A stretch of 51,311 bases of DNA, counting the filler, from Sphacelaria rigidula (lineage: Eukaryota): NCBI GenBank assembly GCA_964200075.2. It is 3 parts of 3 records of this genome, joined end to end, with 100 filler letters (N's around TTAATTAATTAA, not from the genome) between each part and the next. Parts side by side here need not be neighbours in the genome. Positions count along the whole stretch, not along the records: positions 34,281 to 51,311 come from CAXNAA020001182.1; 2 more parts are not named here. One strand, given 5' to 3'. The first letter of the stretch is position 1; the number at the start of each line of letters is the position of its first letter. The position numbers and the translations under genes were made by a program. Of the stretch, positions 34,905 to 48,327 are shown piece by piece. Below the pieces are notes generated by a model. It did not search any database, had not been told where the DNA came from, and saw nothing but the letters and a program-made list of their open reading frames with translations.

Positions 34905-35154
34905 TTAAGAGACAGAGGCGTGAAGCAGCGGAGGTGACAGAGGAAAAGGAAGCAATTACTGAGGACAAGCCCAGTTGCTCTACCGTTGCTTTCGCTGCTA
35001 CTTCAGCTCCAGCTGCTCTCGTACAAGTGGTCTGAAACGGGCTCAAGGCGAGGTCCGTTCGGGACGAACCCCTTTTGAGAACGGTCCCAGAGCGCAGCGT
35101 CCTTGCCCTTCTTACCAAGGTAAGTTTGCACACAGGTGCAATGGACCCGGCCAT
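34905..35154 (-). CDS. Possible first exon of the minus-strand (RGS) gene
   Basis: ATG at 35154; open frame MAGSIAPVCKLTLVRRARTLRSG...ASRLCLL; GTAAGG donor (phase 1). Not directly in phase with the 33706 exon, so intervening exons would have to lie in the gap. Confidence 0.4.
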
Positions 35155-35930
35155 GAAACAGACAGCAGGAAGTACTCGTACGCGTTGTTGCTGTTTTGGA
35201 TTTTCTGCTGAGACGACGGGGTCGCTGTCGGTGTGTGTGGGCCATTGTCGGCATGAGGTTCGTGTCCACCGCGTCAAGAATAGCAGCCTCGATCTGCTAA
35301 CGAATTGTCACCGGGCGCGTCCGAATTCGTCGAAACTCCAACGTCATTTCAAAGAACACGGATAACGATTTCTTCACCTGACGATATCCAAGATTGCGTG
35401 CCATTTCTCCCCGATCTCTCCCTCGGAATTGGATCGAATTGATCTTTTCTGTGCCTGCCTTCCATTTCACGACAACACGTGGATAGCCTGGGGTGCTCTA
35501 CTCAACTCGATACCCAGCGACTTGCGTCTCCTTGCAAATTTACATTGAGCCCATCGTTGAAAGGTCAACGGTGCATTCATAGTTGGCATAGCATTGGTTC
35601 GTGAGATTCAAACGTTTCCCCCCGGTACAACGACCGAAGAGATTGTTGTTCTAGTGCCACAGCACAGCAGCAGCACCCGATACCGCAGATACAGCAGCCC
35701 GTCTTTGTAATTTTCCACAAGCCCGTCGTCACAAACTCCAATATCTCGTTTACTAGTAAAATTCTCTGTGCTGTGCTTACAGAGTAAGGGGAGGCCAGTC
35801 CGTTTCACCGATAGTTTCTAACACAACTTTCCCCTCCCGCCCCTTGTCCAGGCACACAAACCGTCACCCTCCCGCGACGGTGTAGCTTTTCCTTCACCAA
35901 AGTAGCACCGTCGCCGCTTTTAGTACAGCG

Positions 35931-36516
35931 ATGAGCATGACTTTCGACGATACCGATGCAGATGAATACTCTGCAGGACGCGCTATGATGCTCGAGCAAA
36001 ACCAAAATTTGCAAAATCAACACGAGATGCAACCCGGAACACCGGAGCAGCATCGTTTCCATTCCTCCTCATCGTCATCTTCGAGGGGCAGAGTACATAT
36101 AATGGCGAATCCAGTAACTAGCAAGAGCCGCCCGAGAACAAAGGTAGCCGATGCAATAGCTGGAAGGATTCCAGTGGGCATGGGAACCCCCGCGGCGAGA
36201 TCCAACTCCGGCATTCGGAGAACAGGCGGTACGACGGAGAATGTTTTTGTCCGCGATGTTTTGCAACATGGCTCTCAGCCGTCATTCAGGAGAGTTGCGA
36301 GGCCTGGAGGGTTAGACAGTGCGGCAGCGAGCCGACAAAGTGTGTTCACGGTTATGGGTGAGCAGGAGGGTGGCTCCCACAGCGAGACGTCGTCTGGAGA
36401 AACTGTGAGCAGTAGCACGACGAGCGGTGTGCCGAGTTCTGTCGGCGCGGCTTCGACCCCTGTAACTCCTGCTGCTGTTGCGGCTGAGAAGAGACGGGCG
36501 AAACGGCGTTGGAGAT
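35931..36516 (+). CDS. Large low-complexity protein, exon 1
   Basis: ATG at 35931, S/T/G-rich 195-codon frame, GTGAGT donor at 36517 (phase 1), matching the phase-1 acceptor at 42021. Confidence 0.75.
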
Positions 36517-39500
36517 GTGAGTTGCGCATGTGCGCGTTGTGAGGGTCTAAGAGCCCCGTGATTTGTCTCATTTTTGAGTACACTGGGCTGTGTTCTTAAC
36601 GGTGCAGTGCGGTAAAGTACTGCTGCACAAGGAACAGAACAGGCAGTAGTTGCAAACACGCTGTGGCTGCCGTTGTTGGTCGGCAAGTACAGTACTCCGA
36701 TTGGAGCGGGGGGAAGTTGAGGGGTTTCAATGCCGTGTCCATTTATTAATAGCTCATTTTTTACGATTGCAACCATTCTCCTACTCTCACCATCCTGGGT
36801 CTGATTCTGAAAAGAGTCTGTTGTGTTGATGCGGTGCCTGGATTTGTCTCTCTCCGATCCTCTTCCTGTCGCCAAAGGCAGGACGAGGAGTTGGCGAACA
36901 ACCCACTTATCCTTCCGAGCTGTGGCCGGCAGTTTGAGAATCCTAATACGTAGCGTTCTGCACATCACAGTTTAGCAAGTGTTTGCCGTTCAGCAACGAA
37001 GAAACGACCGTTGCCCTCCCCACCACACCCCGTCTCGCCGTAAAGCGGCCGAAGGGCGGCTGGCCAACACAGCAGGGGTAATGAGAAATTCGAATTTTAC
37101 TGCAACGAATTAGCTAAAGTGTTTGTACGTCACCTAGATTTCCGCTTTTACCGATGTCCACAACCGTTACACCTGTGAATCGGTTCCTGCGCTGACTTCA
37201 GTGAACGCAAGACTTTTTCCAGGAACTGCTTGCACAGTACGCATGCTGCCAGGACCCTAGCTATAGTCTAGTCTATCGCGCAGGGCGTCGACGCGTGCGT
37301 ATCACGCTTGCATTATTCTTGCGGCAAGCAATTCGAGGAGGTTTTGTGCGGTTCGGCTCTCCCGAACGTTTGAAATTTTATCGCATGATTCGACTTCTGG
37401 CTGAACGAAATTTCGATCCTTATTTCTGTACTGTATTTTTTTTTATTTTGTACTCAACAGACTCCTAGTCATATATGGGCATATGTATAGTATCTATTAT
37501 TATCTCATGATATCAGAGTTGTGTACACGGGGCATGTACAGGGTCTTTTTTTTTGCTCGACCCGATGTGCTTCCCTTGTCAACTCGCCGCTAATTCCCTT
37601 CGGGCACTCACGTTTCATTTGATCATTCCTCCTAGACTACTTACTCCCCGTGTCTGCCTTTTTTTTTATACCCCGGAACGTTTCCACTGTCCATCTTTAG
37701 TCGATGAGCCATGATGTCCTGCATGGGTTCAGCTCTCTTCCCGAATTAGTTTTCGGGCTCGTTTGAGCGAACAGGTGGATATTGGGAGATATAGACAATT
37801 TTATCGGGGCGCTTGTTTCGACCCTTCAGCTTGTGTCAGTTCAACGGCAGAAAGGGTCATCAGTGTCGAGTGCCCAGGTAGCGCTTCGTCCATGCATGTG
37901 CCCCTCCGTAGTCATATGTTTCTCTGAGCTCGCTGGCATCACAAGTGCAGTAGGGCGCTACAACTGGCAGTTCGTACAGGCAGTGTACAGACAGTCGGTA
38001 TTGCATCCGGGAGCACATTCGTGTGTGCGCCGATACCATCATACTTTTTGTCAGTTTGAAATATGGCCGACTGGTTGAGTACGTCTCTGCATATCTGCCA
38101 ACTTTATTTTGAAGGTGCGATATTTGCTCGTAACCTGTTGTTCAAGGATGCCCTCAGCTTGAAGCTGCTAGACATGTAGACCATGCTGCTCACGACCTGT
38201 TGAAGTTGTTTGACCAGACAAGTGGACTCGTGGGAATAGATACAATATGATTCGACGGCATAAGCCGATCTACCGTTGTAGTCGTTGAGCAGTTCTATGT
38301 TACCGGCTTCCCCCATCAGCTCAAGTGACGTGCGTGTATCTACACCGCCCTAACAATATTCGTATGCAACTGTCATGTGTTACGCATGGAAAGGAAATTA
38401 AGTAGAGCCGTACACATGTATTCCGTACCCCGTACCCTGGACACCGCTGTACCCCACAGTTGGTTTAGCCAGAATATGTTACTACACTCCACTCTGTACT
38501 CTGGTACGATGCTTGCAGCAGGCAGCACCCGGAATCTGCGGTGATTACTCGTCTTCTTGTTTTTCTGTATTAGGACGTGCGCAATGTTGCAGAAAACGCC
38601 TCCACCTTCATCACCCATCGCTAACCCTTCCCTGAACCCTAAACCTGTATAATATCTGATGATTCCAACCGCTAAGGATGGTGCGCGCTAGGGCAGATGA
38701 CCATTATATACGCACATTAACTATACTTGTACCAGCTGCCTTTGAATATTAAATGTTTCATTCCGAGGTTTAAAGTATCGCGACATTCATGGTGCGTACC
38801 CCTCTTCACGATAGGAGGTACATGAGCTTTGAGATCTTTTGACGTTGATTGGCCCGTTGTGCACTTTCGAACAGTTTTTGGGTTCCCCCCCCCCAACACC
38901 CCCCGGACGGGCCGCACCAAGCCGTTTGTGTACGTATGCAAGGGCAGGAAAACCGTTGTGTTCGGGGTTAGAGGTGAATCAATGTCGTTTCCTTTGTGTT
39001 TGCCAAAAAAGTGTACATTTTCAGGACCCGCGCGAACCGTCACTCCTAGCCAACCCTTATATCGCTCGACAATTAAATGCAGTTCGTATTCCCTTTGTAG
39101 ATGAAACAACTCACAATACAGTACGCACATGTGGAGGTGTGGAATTCCTTGAGGGCTGGTTGGGACGAACCAACGAAGTTGTAATGAGACGGTAAGCACA
39201 TTACACTCAATACGTACCGTATAATGTTCTTTGCATCTCCGTGACGATTGAGGAGAGAAACATCCACGCAGCCAGACAACAGTAGTGGGGCATGTGTTTG
39301 AAAGCAAAAGCAACCCAGAAAACACCGTCGAAATTACGATAGTTTTCTCTCACCTGACGTCATGCTTGGGCGTCCCGTGTTTGAAAATAGCACGTCATGG
39401 AAGACAGACGAGGCTTACAGGCGGAGTCGGCACGCTAACACAAAGGTACACTACAGTGCAGCAGTGTTGCCCGTTCCTCGCAGATTATAAACGACTCAAG

Positions 39501-40596
39501 GCCCTTCTGCCGTGCTTTAGCCACTGGTTGCGTCCGTGGCGTATGATCTTCAGGTGGTTTGCGGGTTGTAACCCCAGGTACTGTTGTATACTGGTGGTGA
39601 TTTTTCGCGCTTCTCCGATCATCCACTTCCTCGTGCGAGTGTAGTATACGGCTCTATGGGTACTTTGCAACCGTTTAACTTGTTTACATGAGTATAATGC
39701 GTGTTCCGTGCACCCGCTCAATTTGCCGAGTACGTGTAGCTCAATGGCCGCGCTGCGCGTCTTGCGTAAAATTTGCGTGCGGAGGTGAAGGACGGTTTGA
39801 GACGGCTGACGTTTACCGTGCCGTTAGCGTACCCCCCAGGATATGGGTATATATGAACACGCCGCACAAGAGTGACCCCGCGCATCAGACGCAACCAAAA
39901 ATTGGACGTGTCCCCACTGTTTTTCCCTCGGCTACGTGCCCCGGGTTGATTTTCATGGAAGTATGTGCGAGTTGAAGGTGCCCACGGGCAACGTGAACAT
40001 GCAGTATTTTTTTGAGAAACGAGACGTAATGTAGTCTAACCAATCCTACTCAACTGGAGACACAGTAGTGTACGAGGATAATCTGGAGGTTCTTCCATCC
40101 CGCGACACGGTGCCTGCTTCAGCCCGCAGTCCGATGAACCCCCAAAACGAGTGGTTGCAGCATCCTCTTTGCTGTGGACAAATGTAACCGGAAGAGCAGG
40201 CACTAACAACGTTCACCCCTGGAGTCTCACGCGTAGCCGTACAACACTCTGTATTATCCCTGAGCGTAGAGTACAGAGGCTACAAAAGTAGCCTGGTAAT
40301 CGCTTTCCCTGGCGACATGCGAATATCAACCTGAGGAAAGTAGGAGCGTCCATGTACCCGCTACAACAGTAAAAAGCTAGATGCTGACTAGGCAAATGGG
40401 TGTACAAGTTAGCTGTACTGGCACTGGTTTTGCATTGATCCTTCATTTTGGCTTCACGGGTGCTACGAGAGTGGACCTGCACCTTGAGAATCTTCTTGTG
40501 GGGATGCAAATGTCGGAACGAATGCGAGCTTTTTTACAGGCTGGGCCGCCCCAAGACATTATGCACCCTCAATTTTGGGTCGTTTTAATGAACCTT

Positions 40597-40795
40597 TGAC
40601 ACGATGTATAGGATGTATACACGAAGACTCCATCTTTCCCCCTGCATCATCATCTTTTTCGTGAGCTATTCACGATTTTGTTTCCAAAACAACTGTTCCG
40701 AAATGTTTCGTCGCCCCACAACTCACGGAGAAGAACAAGGAAGGTAGGGGGTAGAAGATGGAGTCTTCGCACATACGTCCTGTACATTGTATCAG
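40597..40795. mobile_element. Foldback MITE, copy 1
   Basis: CGAAGACTCCATCTT pairs with AAGATGGAGTCTTCG, and TGACACGATGTATAGGA pairs with TCCTGTACATTGTATCA. Confidence 0.7.
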
Positions 40796-40889
40796 AATCT
40801 CATAGAAGACTACCCGAAACTGAGCTGCATAATGGCGTGTTCGTGTCGAAGAACCGGATCCTATGTAGAGATGGATCAGCCACGAAAAA

Positions 40890-41183
40890 ATGAAACGCGG
40901 TTATTCTGTTCGATTTCAAGTATTTTTACACGTTTTTTTTACACGACGTGCATGAGGTGTGCTGTAAAGTCCATATTTTCCCCCCTCGACCTTTTGGTTC
41001 TTCAATGAGTTGTCGACGCTTTTGTACCAGGGAAACTGTTCAGAATATTCGATCGCCAATAACTCACGAGAGAATAGAAAACAAAATGAGGGGAAACGGT
41101 AGGGGCTTCCCACATACCTCACGTACATCGTGTAAAAAAATCATGGAAAACGGCGTGAAATTGAGCAGTGAAATCGCGTTTTT
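40890..41183. mobile_element. Foldback MITE, copy 2 (related to 40597-40795)
   Basis: TTTTTTTACACGACGTGCATGAGGTGTG pairs with CATACCTCACGTACATCGTGTAAAAAAA, and TTTCCCC pairs with GGGGAAA. Confidence 0.65.
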
Positions 41184-42020
41184 CTGTCGAGAACCGGTTC
41201 ACTTGCCTTTAGACTACAACAACCTCAGCCGGAACTTTGACGTTTTCTACAAGCGCGGCGCCTTGGCGCGCTGGAGGTCTCGTCTGAGTGCCATCTCAGA
41301 CACTGCACGCCTACAGTACGACATGCATTGTTGTACAACTAGTGCTGCACGCCATCACTTTGCGGCCGCGGCACAACCGACTGTAACCGTGAACGCGATT
41401 TCAGCTGTTTCTTCCTTATTCCACCGCACATGCCGCTCTCAACTCTTGACACTTCACAGCTGACTACAGCTTGGTATTTCGTTTGATGGGAACTTGTCAG
41501 ATCGCAGTGCTACGTGAAGTGAAAGACGCGCGTTGATTTGCAGATTACCACGATGTGTCATAGTAGGCACAGCTCGCAATACTGTAGATCATCGGGTAGA
41601 ACCGGCTAAAGGAAAGTCCGCTTCTCAGGCGGCCCAGTCTGTAGTAGCTTCTTGGGGCGCGACTTGTATTTCGGGACAAATCTGGGTGATCCGATGGAGA
41701 AAAATCAATAAATTGATAAATGAAAACATGAAAATACGTGCTGTTGTACCGTACGTGTCCTGTGCTCCCGAATATCCATCGTTCCAGGGTTGCCTTTCTG
41801 TGCCATGTACTGCATAACATGGGTCATCGACACTGTCGAGAGGTTACCGTGCCGTTCCGCTACGTTATGGATGGCACAAAAGTTAATATTCAAGCGCTTT
41901 CCCGAATTTTCATCTCTCCGTCGCTTGTGTTTGTCCCCTCGCTACCCCACACCCGTGTCTCTGCTCGCCCGACCGACCGTTTCATTTTACTCTACTCGAT
42001 ATCCCAACACAAAACTCTAG

Positions 42021-44329
42021 GGTCTCTGTCGCCTGCTCCTCGGTTGAAGAGGGGAAGCAAAAGCCCGAAGCGTTCCGTGTCTCAGGATAACGCACCGGCG
42101 GATATTCGGCTCGCGTGCGACGAACCCCCAGACAGTAACTTCTTCACTCGTGGGGCGGCCAAGCGAAGGGCTAAGGAAGAGGCCAAGCAGGCGGCGCTGC
42201 GGGCGGCAGACGAAGCCGTCGCGGAGATGGCGGAGGAAAGAGTGCGCGCAGAGCGCTTACGTCGAGCCGGCGGGGGTATGGCTATGGACTATGGTGACGG
42301 CTACGAAGACCGAGGCAGTGGCGACAGGCATTTAGCGCGTGGACGCTCCGCTCGTGGTAAGCCGCTGTCGGAGCAGGGGGATGATTATGAAAGCATGACC
42401 ATGGCAAATGGCGTATCAGGAGGCGCGGGCACAGTTACGTTTGCTAGGGACAGCGGGCGTAGATCCGGCAGCGTCGGCAAAGAAGCAAACAATTCCAGGA
42501 AGGGCCGAACCGGACATATCCTGGGCCGCGGGCCGTCATCACAGCCTATCCAGCAGAAGCAGCGCCGCGGCGTGGGATTGTCGCGCAGTGGTCCCACCTT
42601 GAGCAGTTGGGCGAGCGACAGCTCAAGCTCAATTTTGTCAGGGGAAGGCGGGTGGCCTGGACCTCAAGATAACCGTGACATAGCATCGGATGGAGATGAA
42701 GCGAAGGATTGGTCATCGCAGCATCAGCAGCGAGGTGATAGCCGGCTCCACGGACCGAGGCTTGAGCAGCCACACCAGTCTCCGCTGTTGGCCGCACGCG
42801 CGCGCAGCAGCGAACGTAAACAGCAACGGGGTCAGCGCGGGCGCGGTGCCAGGCCTGGGAGTGAAGGAGCTCCGCCGGTCGTGGTTCTTCCCGGCGGGGG
42901 ACCCTTGCTGCACTGGGCGGCGTTGACGACGCAAAGCAGCGGACGTAACTTGATCAGGGGCACTGATAACCGCATTCAGAATGCCCCAGCGGGGCCGTCT
43001 CCGGCTTCGAGTGTGGCTTCGAGTAACTGGCAGACGTTGGACTCCTTCTCGGTGTCCTCCTCATCATCCAGTCGCAGTTCTTCGTCATCTTCCGGGCGTG
43101 CCTCATTCTCCTCTCCCATGTCGGCGTCGTCGTCGCACCGGGCGGCCGGGTGGGGGTTGCATCGCTCATCGAGCTCGGCGAGTAGCGCTCGCAGCCTGTT
43201 AGGCTACGGCGGCTCCTTGCCTTCGCCCGTGATGGAGGGGTCCGAGAGCAGCGGCAGCAGCGCGAGCAGCGCAACTGGCGATCGACGAGGTAGACGCCGT
43301 GGCGGCGGCTCGAGGGGTTTCGAACGGCCGGTGCGTAACGTGCGTAGGCCGGTGAAGAAGAAGCCCCTGGATCCGAACGAGACGGAAGGTGAGCCGTCGG
43401 TCACTTTCTCCAGTGCGTGGTCCGGAGTGTCCGAATCGTCCCCACCGCGTGGCGGGCGCAGCGATATCCCCAGGTCGCCTGCTTCCCACCTGAAGGTCGC
43501 CTTGAAACGCGATGAGGCTCTTGAAAAAGAACAGGCTGCGGAGGCAGCGGCGAAGGCAGCGGCGGCGGGAACCGCCGACGCTGGCGTCGCTGCTGCTGAG
43601 TTTGCTGCGGCCGAGCCGACTCCAAGGGAAGAACGTGAAGACCCAGCTGACCCAGCTGGCGGTTTCGCAGGCGGTGATGACGCCGGCAATGGTGATAACC
43701 AGACCAGGGGTAGTGAAAACGATAGCACAAGGGGCACGAACGACGTCGACACCAGCAGCTTGTTCAGCAGTAATTACTTCCCCCCGGACGAGGTAGCGAG
43801 TAGCCCCAGCATCGCCACCACGGATCCAGTCACGCCATACAGCGCTTCACTTGGCCGTCGCGTGCGGGGAGAAAACGGAGAATCCGCTGGCACACCCGAC
43901 TCTGCGGCCTTCCCTCGCGCACCGTGTGTCCCTGCCGTCGCCGCCACACCGGGACCCAAGGCCGCCGTCGATATTCCTTCTAGGACATCCTCCTGGGAGG
44001 ATCAACCCCCGCGCAAGTTTGACGAGTCGGCTGTGATAGCACATCTTGGCCGTAGCTTCAGCAGCGAAACCAGTTCGGGTAGTGACAAGGAGATCCCGAC
44101 GTCGGCAAGTATTGCCCCATTTTCTACCGTTGGCGGCGAGAAAGAAACTGGCGGTGGCCATAGCGACGGAGGCGATGGCGGCGACGACATGAGCCATGTG
44201 GGTTTGCGTGAAGGACCCACGGATACTGCGGTGCCTGCCGAGAATTCATCCTTCATGGATGGTGGGTTCCTCGGAGATGTCGAAATCGAGTGCAGTCCGT
44301 GGAGCTGGGATATGGAACCTTCTGAAATG
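42021..44329 (+). CDS. Large low-complexity protein, exon 2 (2.3 kb; S/G/R/A-rich)
   Basis: Lies within the 887-aa ORF with high GC. CTAG acceptor (phase 1) and ATG|GTGAGA donor (phase 0). Confidence 0.85.
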
Positions 44330-44675
44330 GTGAGAACTAATCATTCATCTTCTCGCTTGACATATCGGTTGCTACTTGGCCCACGTGATTGTTTTTGCTA
44401 GCGATCTGGATGAGCTCATCAGGACATATTTTTTCGTGAGCTTTCTGTGTGTATGGTGAACGCCCGATTTCCTCATATTTTATCAACCACGCGGCTGGTA
44501 AACATATCAAAAACACGTGCGTGCTATAATCTCTGTCATACTGTACAAATGTTCCCCGCCTTGAATCACTGGGGAGTGCGGCTCCTTACGCACCGTGTCT
44601 TGTTTCATCCGCCGCCACCGCCGCTGCCCTCCTCTCTCCCGTCATCTTCCACTCCTCCGTGCCCAAATGTTGTAG

Positions 44676-47327
44676 TCGAACCATTCTGTCGGCATGAAAA
44701 ATATTTTCACTGACTGCGTCGGTAGCAGCCCACCGGGAACACCTGCTCCTTCGGGAAGGGCCGGGGCAGAAGCTGGGGGGGATAAACAGGGGGTATCACA
44801 CCAAGAGTCTCCTTCGCAAACCAGGAGACCGGGGGTCGCGAGTAACCCGGAGGCGGCCGCTCTCTTGATGAATCGAAAGGAGACGGTCAATGAGGTGCCA
44901 CTGGCATCGTCGGTGGCGATCATGAATGGGGCATGGGCCGGAGAGCCGTTGCGTCAAGGTTCAGAGCAGCAGCAGCAGCAGCAGCAGCAGCCGATGCCTC
45001 TAGAAGGGGAACAGACGAAGTCGTGCAACGGGAGACGGACGACGTCGACGCCGGCGGTGAAGTCGTCCCCGCAGATATCCCCGCCAAAACTCGAGCATCT
45101 CACTCAGTCGCTTCGTCCCGCAACCGAGCTCCCGCAGCAACCGAAGGGTGCAGCAAGCCCACCGCGGCAGAAGGGCGGGCAGGTGACAAAGGAGTCGCCG
45201 GCACCAGGGCCACCTGCGTCATTGCCGTCTCACCCGAAACAAAACTCACCGAAGTCGTTCATCGCGCAGCTTTCCCACCGGCTCGTTGGTCTCCAGCAGT
45301 CTTCGATGCCGCAACGGCAAGGGCAGCAGGTACAGGAAGCTGAAATTGCTCAGGCCAAGGCTGTGTTGCCGGCCGCTATTCAGAAGTTAAGCGAGTCACC
45401 CGACGAAGAACACAAGGACGATGAGTCTCGGGGCACGTTGCCGTCCCCGGAGGAGCCGGTGGGACTGGCTCTTCTGCCCCCGGGAAGCGACTCTCCTCAT
45501 CCCGATAGCGAGCAGCGATCACCGGCGTCGCCGGAGTCACGCCGAGTGTCCATCCTCAGTCAAATATCGAACAGGCTCGAGAATCTTCAGCACCGCGCAT
45601 CGCCGTCGCCACCTCCTCCGCCTGCGGCGGATTGCATCGCCGAAAAAGCGGCGGCGCCTACATTGTTGGGCAACCCAGGGATGAAGGCGGCGGCTGCTGT
45701 TGAAAGGGATGCGCCATCGTCGCCAGTGCAGCGAGCAGAGCAACAGCAACCCTCGCTGCGGTCGGGGGCACGGTCTCAGCTCCAACAGCTGTCGGCGAGG
45801 CTCAATGATCACCTCGAACAGCAGAGGTTACGAGGGCACATGTCTACGATGCCGGTGTCCCTTAGAGAACAGACGCCACCGCCGCTATCCCCACATTCTC
45901 CGAACGAGAATCAGGAAGATCTCCTGATGCTTCCACCGCCGTCCGCTTCCACTCTTGAGTCCGCTCCGTCTATGGAGTCAGCGCCAGAGGCTTCGTCGTC
46001 TTCGCTGTCGTTTTCGGCCGATGAGGATGAGACGATGGCCATGCAGCCGCATACTTCCTATCACGGGAAGCCGTTCCAGCTGATGTCACTGCGGGTGGAA
46101 GAGGAGAAGAGCCCAACGCCTTCTTCCCCCATGAGGATATCAGCTGAGTCGCAGTCGATGCCGAAGGTGCAGACACAACAATCGCGACAGTCTCCACCAT
46201 CGCAGCTAGCGGAGTCTCCAACTCATCGCGTTGCGACGGAGGTGCATACTAGTCAGGTTATTGAACCTCGGGTAGAGCGTCCGGTTGAGCAGCGCGTGCA
46301 GTCCCAGGTACGGGCGGAACAACCCCAATCGGGGTTACTTTTGCCGCAACAGGAGGCAACGCCTCAAAAACAGGCCTCATCTCAAGACCACATCATCTCA
46401 CCTCAAGCAACGTCGTCATGGATAGGATCATCGCCGGAAGAGGTTGCCCAGCCCAAATCCCGCGTAGAACGGCCGACAACGACGGCGCCGAAGACAACAG
46501 CAACAACCCGTTCTCGTCCGGCGCGCCGGGGACCGAGATTGCTACCTACCCCAGAGCAACTCGCGGCTCGCCGACTGCTGCAGCTCCCCGCCATGCAGCC
46601 CAAACAAGCCGAGCTGCAGCGTCGGATGGCGAAACAATCGCCGTCGGACCAGACGCTGCAGGGTATGCCGACCTTACCGCAACGGCCGTCGCCTCCCGGC
46701 GGTAGCCATGAGGAGGAAAAGTTAAGGCCAGCGAACGGCGCGAAGGCCACGACGACCGTAGGGGCGAAGACTGGGTCGCAGACCGAAGTGGGGACTCGGA
46801 GGCTTCACGGTCACCAGGAGCCGATGAGACAGATTCACGATGCGTTGCTTCAGGCTGAACAAAAAGAGCGTGATCCTGTTTTGTCCGAGACGGAGAAGCA
46901 GGGTATCACCACAAGCACGAGTCAGCACGTCGGACGAACCGGCGGCGGCGGCGTCGATGACGATGTTGATAATGACCCTCATCAACCCGTGACTGCTGCC
47001 GTCGTCCTCGGAACGGAATCAGGCCCCGCCGGACAAGAAATGGCAAAACAACATGGACGGCAAGGAGAGGTTGTGCCGATATTGGGGTCCGCGACAGTAG
47101 CCGGGGGAAGTGTTGTTGGCGCGCCAATTGGTGAGGTGACAACCGCTCTTACTGAAGGAGTCCAGCAGGGTCAGCAGGAGCAGGGACACTCGTTTGATAT
47201 CAGGCGCAAAATCCCGCGGGTGTTCGCGGGGCAAAGGGCAGAGCAGGAGGCTCGAGAGGCAACTGAGCTAGCGCTTGCTGCTGTGTCGGAAGAGGCGGGG
47301 GCAGCAGCGGCGGCGGCTGCGGCTGCG
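44676..47327 (+). CDS. Large low-complexity protein, exon 3 (2.65 kb; P/S/Q-rich, poly-Q)
   Basis: TGTAG acceptor at 44675 after a pyrimidine-rich tract, in frame with the 956-aa ORF. GCG|GTACGT donor, phase 0. Confidence 0.85.
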
Positions 47328-48016
47328 GTACGTTTCGATTCATTTGTGGTCAGGCTGCTGTCGGTAGAATGCCTGAGACAGAGAAGCGGGTCTTCCGCGC
47401 TTCTACGTCAAGTGTGTCTCGTGCCTGTTATCGAATCAGGGGCTACTACTGTAATTTTGGGAAAATGTTGTGCCGGGCGTGGTTTTCATGGCGTCTGGCG
47501 GTACGTCGCGATGTGCTGCAAACAAGAAGCCTTTTTCTCTTTTGTTCCTGTCGCGTGTATTTGATTGTTCTTGTTCCCCGTCTTGACTCTAAGTGCTTTC
47601 ATTTTTGTGCGTGCGCGTATGTTTGTAAGCATTTCGGTTTCGCTGTTGCTGAATAATCGTTTTCGACGAAACAAGAAAACATCTCGCTTGCTGCTTTTTT
47701 TTTTCTGTGCACATATTGAAATCAAGTGTTTTTCAACGTAGTGCATCCAAATAGGCGTATCCGCACTTGGACCGTGCGAGTGTGTGCATGTATTTTATGT
47801 GTTCATATATCTATGTATCAAAGCATACATGTACCGTACAACGATCCCAATAGTTGACGCACATGCTGATTGTAGAAACCGTATATTTTATCGCTCAACG
47901 GAGTGGTTGATTTATCAAATATTGTAGAAACGAGTGACTGGCGTATGAAATACATCAGCAATGGATGATTAACTAACTCCTAGACAGGAGGGTAGGGCGG
48001 GGGGGGGGGGGGTTAA

Positions 48017-48249
48017 GAGGCGGGGGCAATTATTATGAGGGATTTTATAAAAGTATCGCATACATTTTTGTCTTTTTCGACCCCACGNNNNNNNNNNCAG
48101 GTATAGGAAAGATGTTTTGTAGTTGTTGAATACTGAATTCTCGTGGTCATTTTTGTTGGGGTTGTGTTTGATTTTACGAGGCGGGGGCAATTATTATGAG
48201 GCATTTTATAAAAGTATCGCATACATTTTTGTCTTTTTCGACCCCACGA
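48017..48249 (+). repeat. ~70-bp direct duplication around a 10-N gap (48088-48097)
   Basis: GAGGCGGGGGCAATTATTATGAGG.ATTTTATAAAAGTATCGCATACATTTTTGTCTTTTTCGACCCCACG occurs at 48017 and at 48178. Confidence 0.85.
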
Positions 48250-48327
48250 TTTCACCCCTCTCGATATCGCTGGCGTCTTTGCGCACCCTGGGTGGGGATT
48301 AAACCAACAACCGCAACCATGGCACAG

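Noticed and set aside
41738-42020. N-terminal part of the 887-aa ORF (likewise 47328-47564 of the 956-aa ORF)
   Set aside because: Intron-like composition outside clear splice sites; these are read-through of open frames into introns.
48017-48249. Tandem 70-bp duplication
   Set aside because: Straddles a 10-N gap and may be an assembly overlap artefact; not interpreted biologically.
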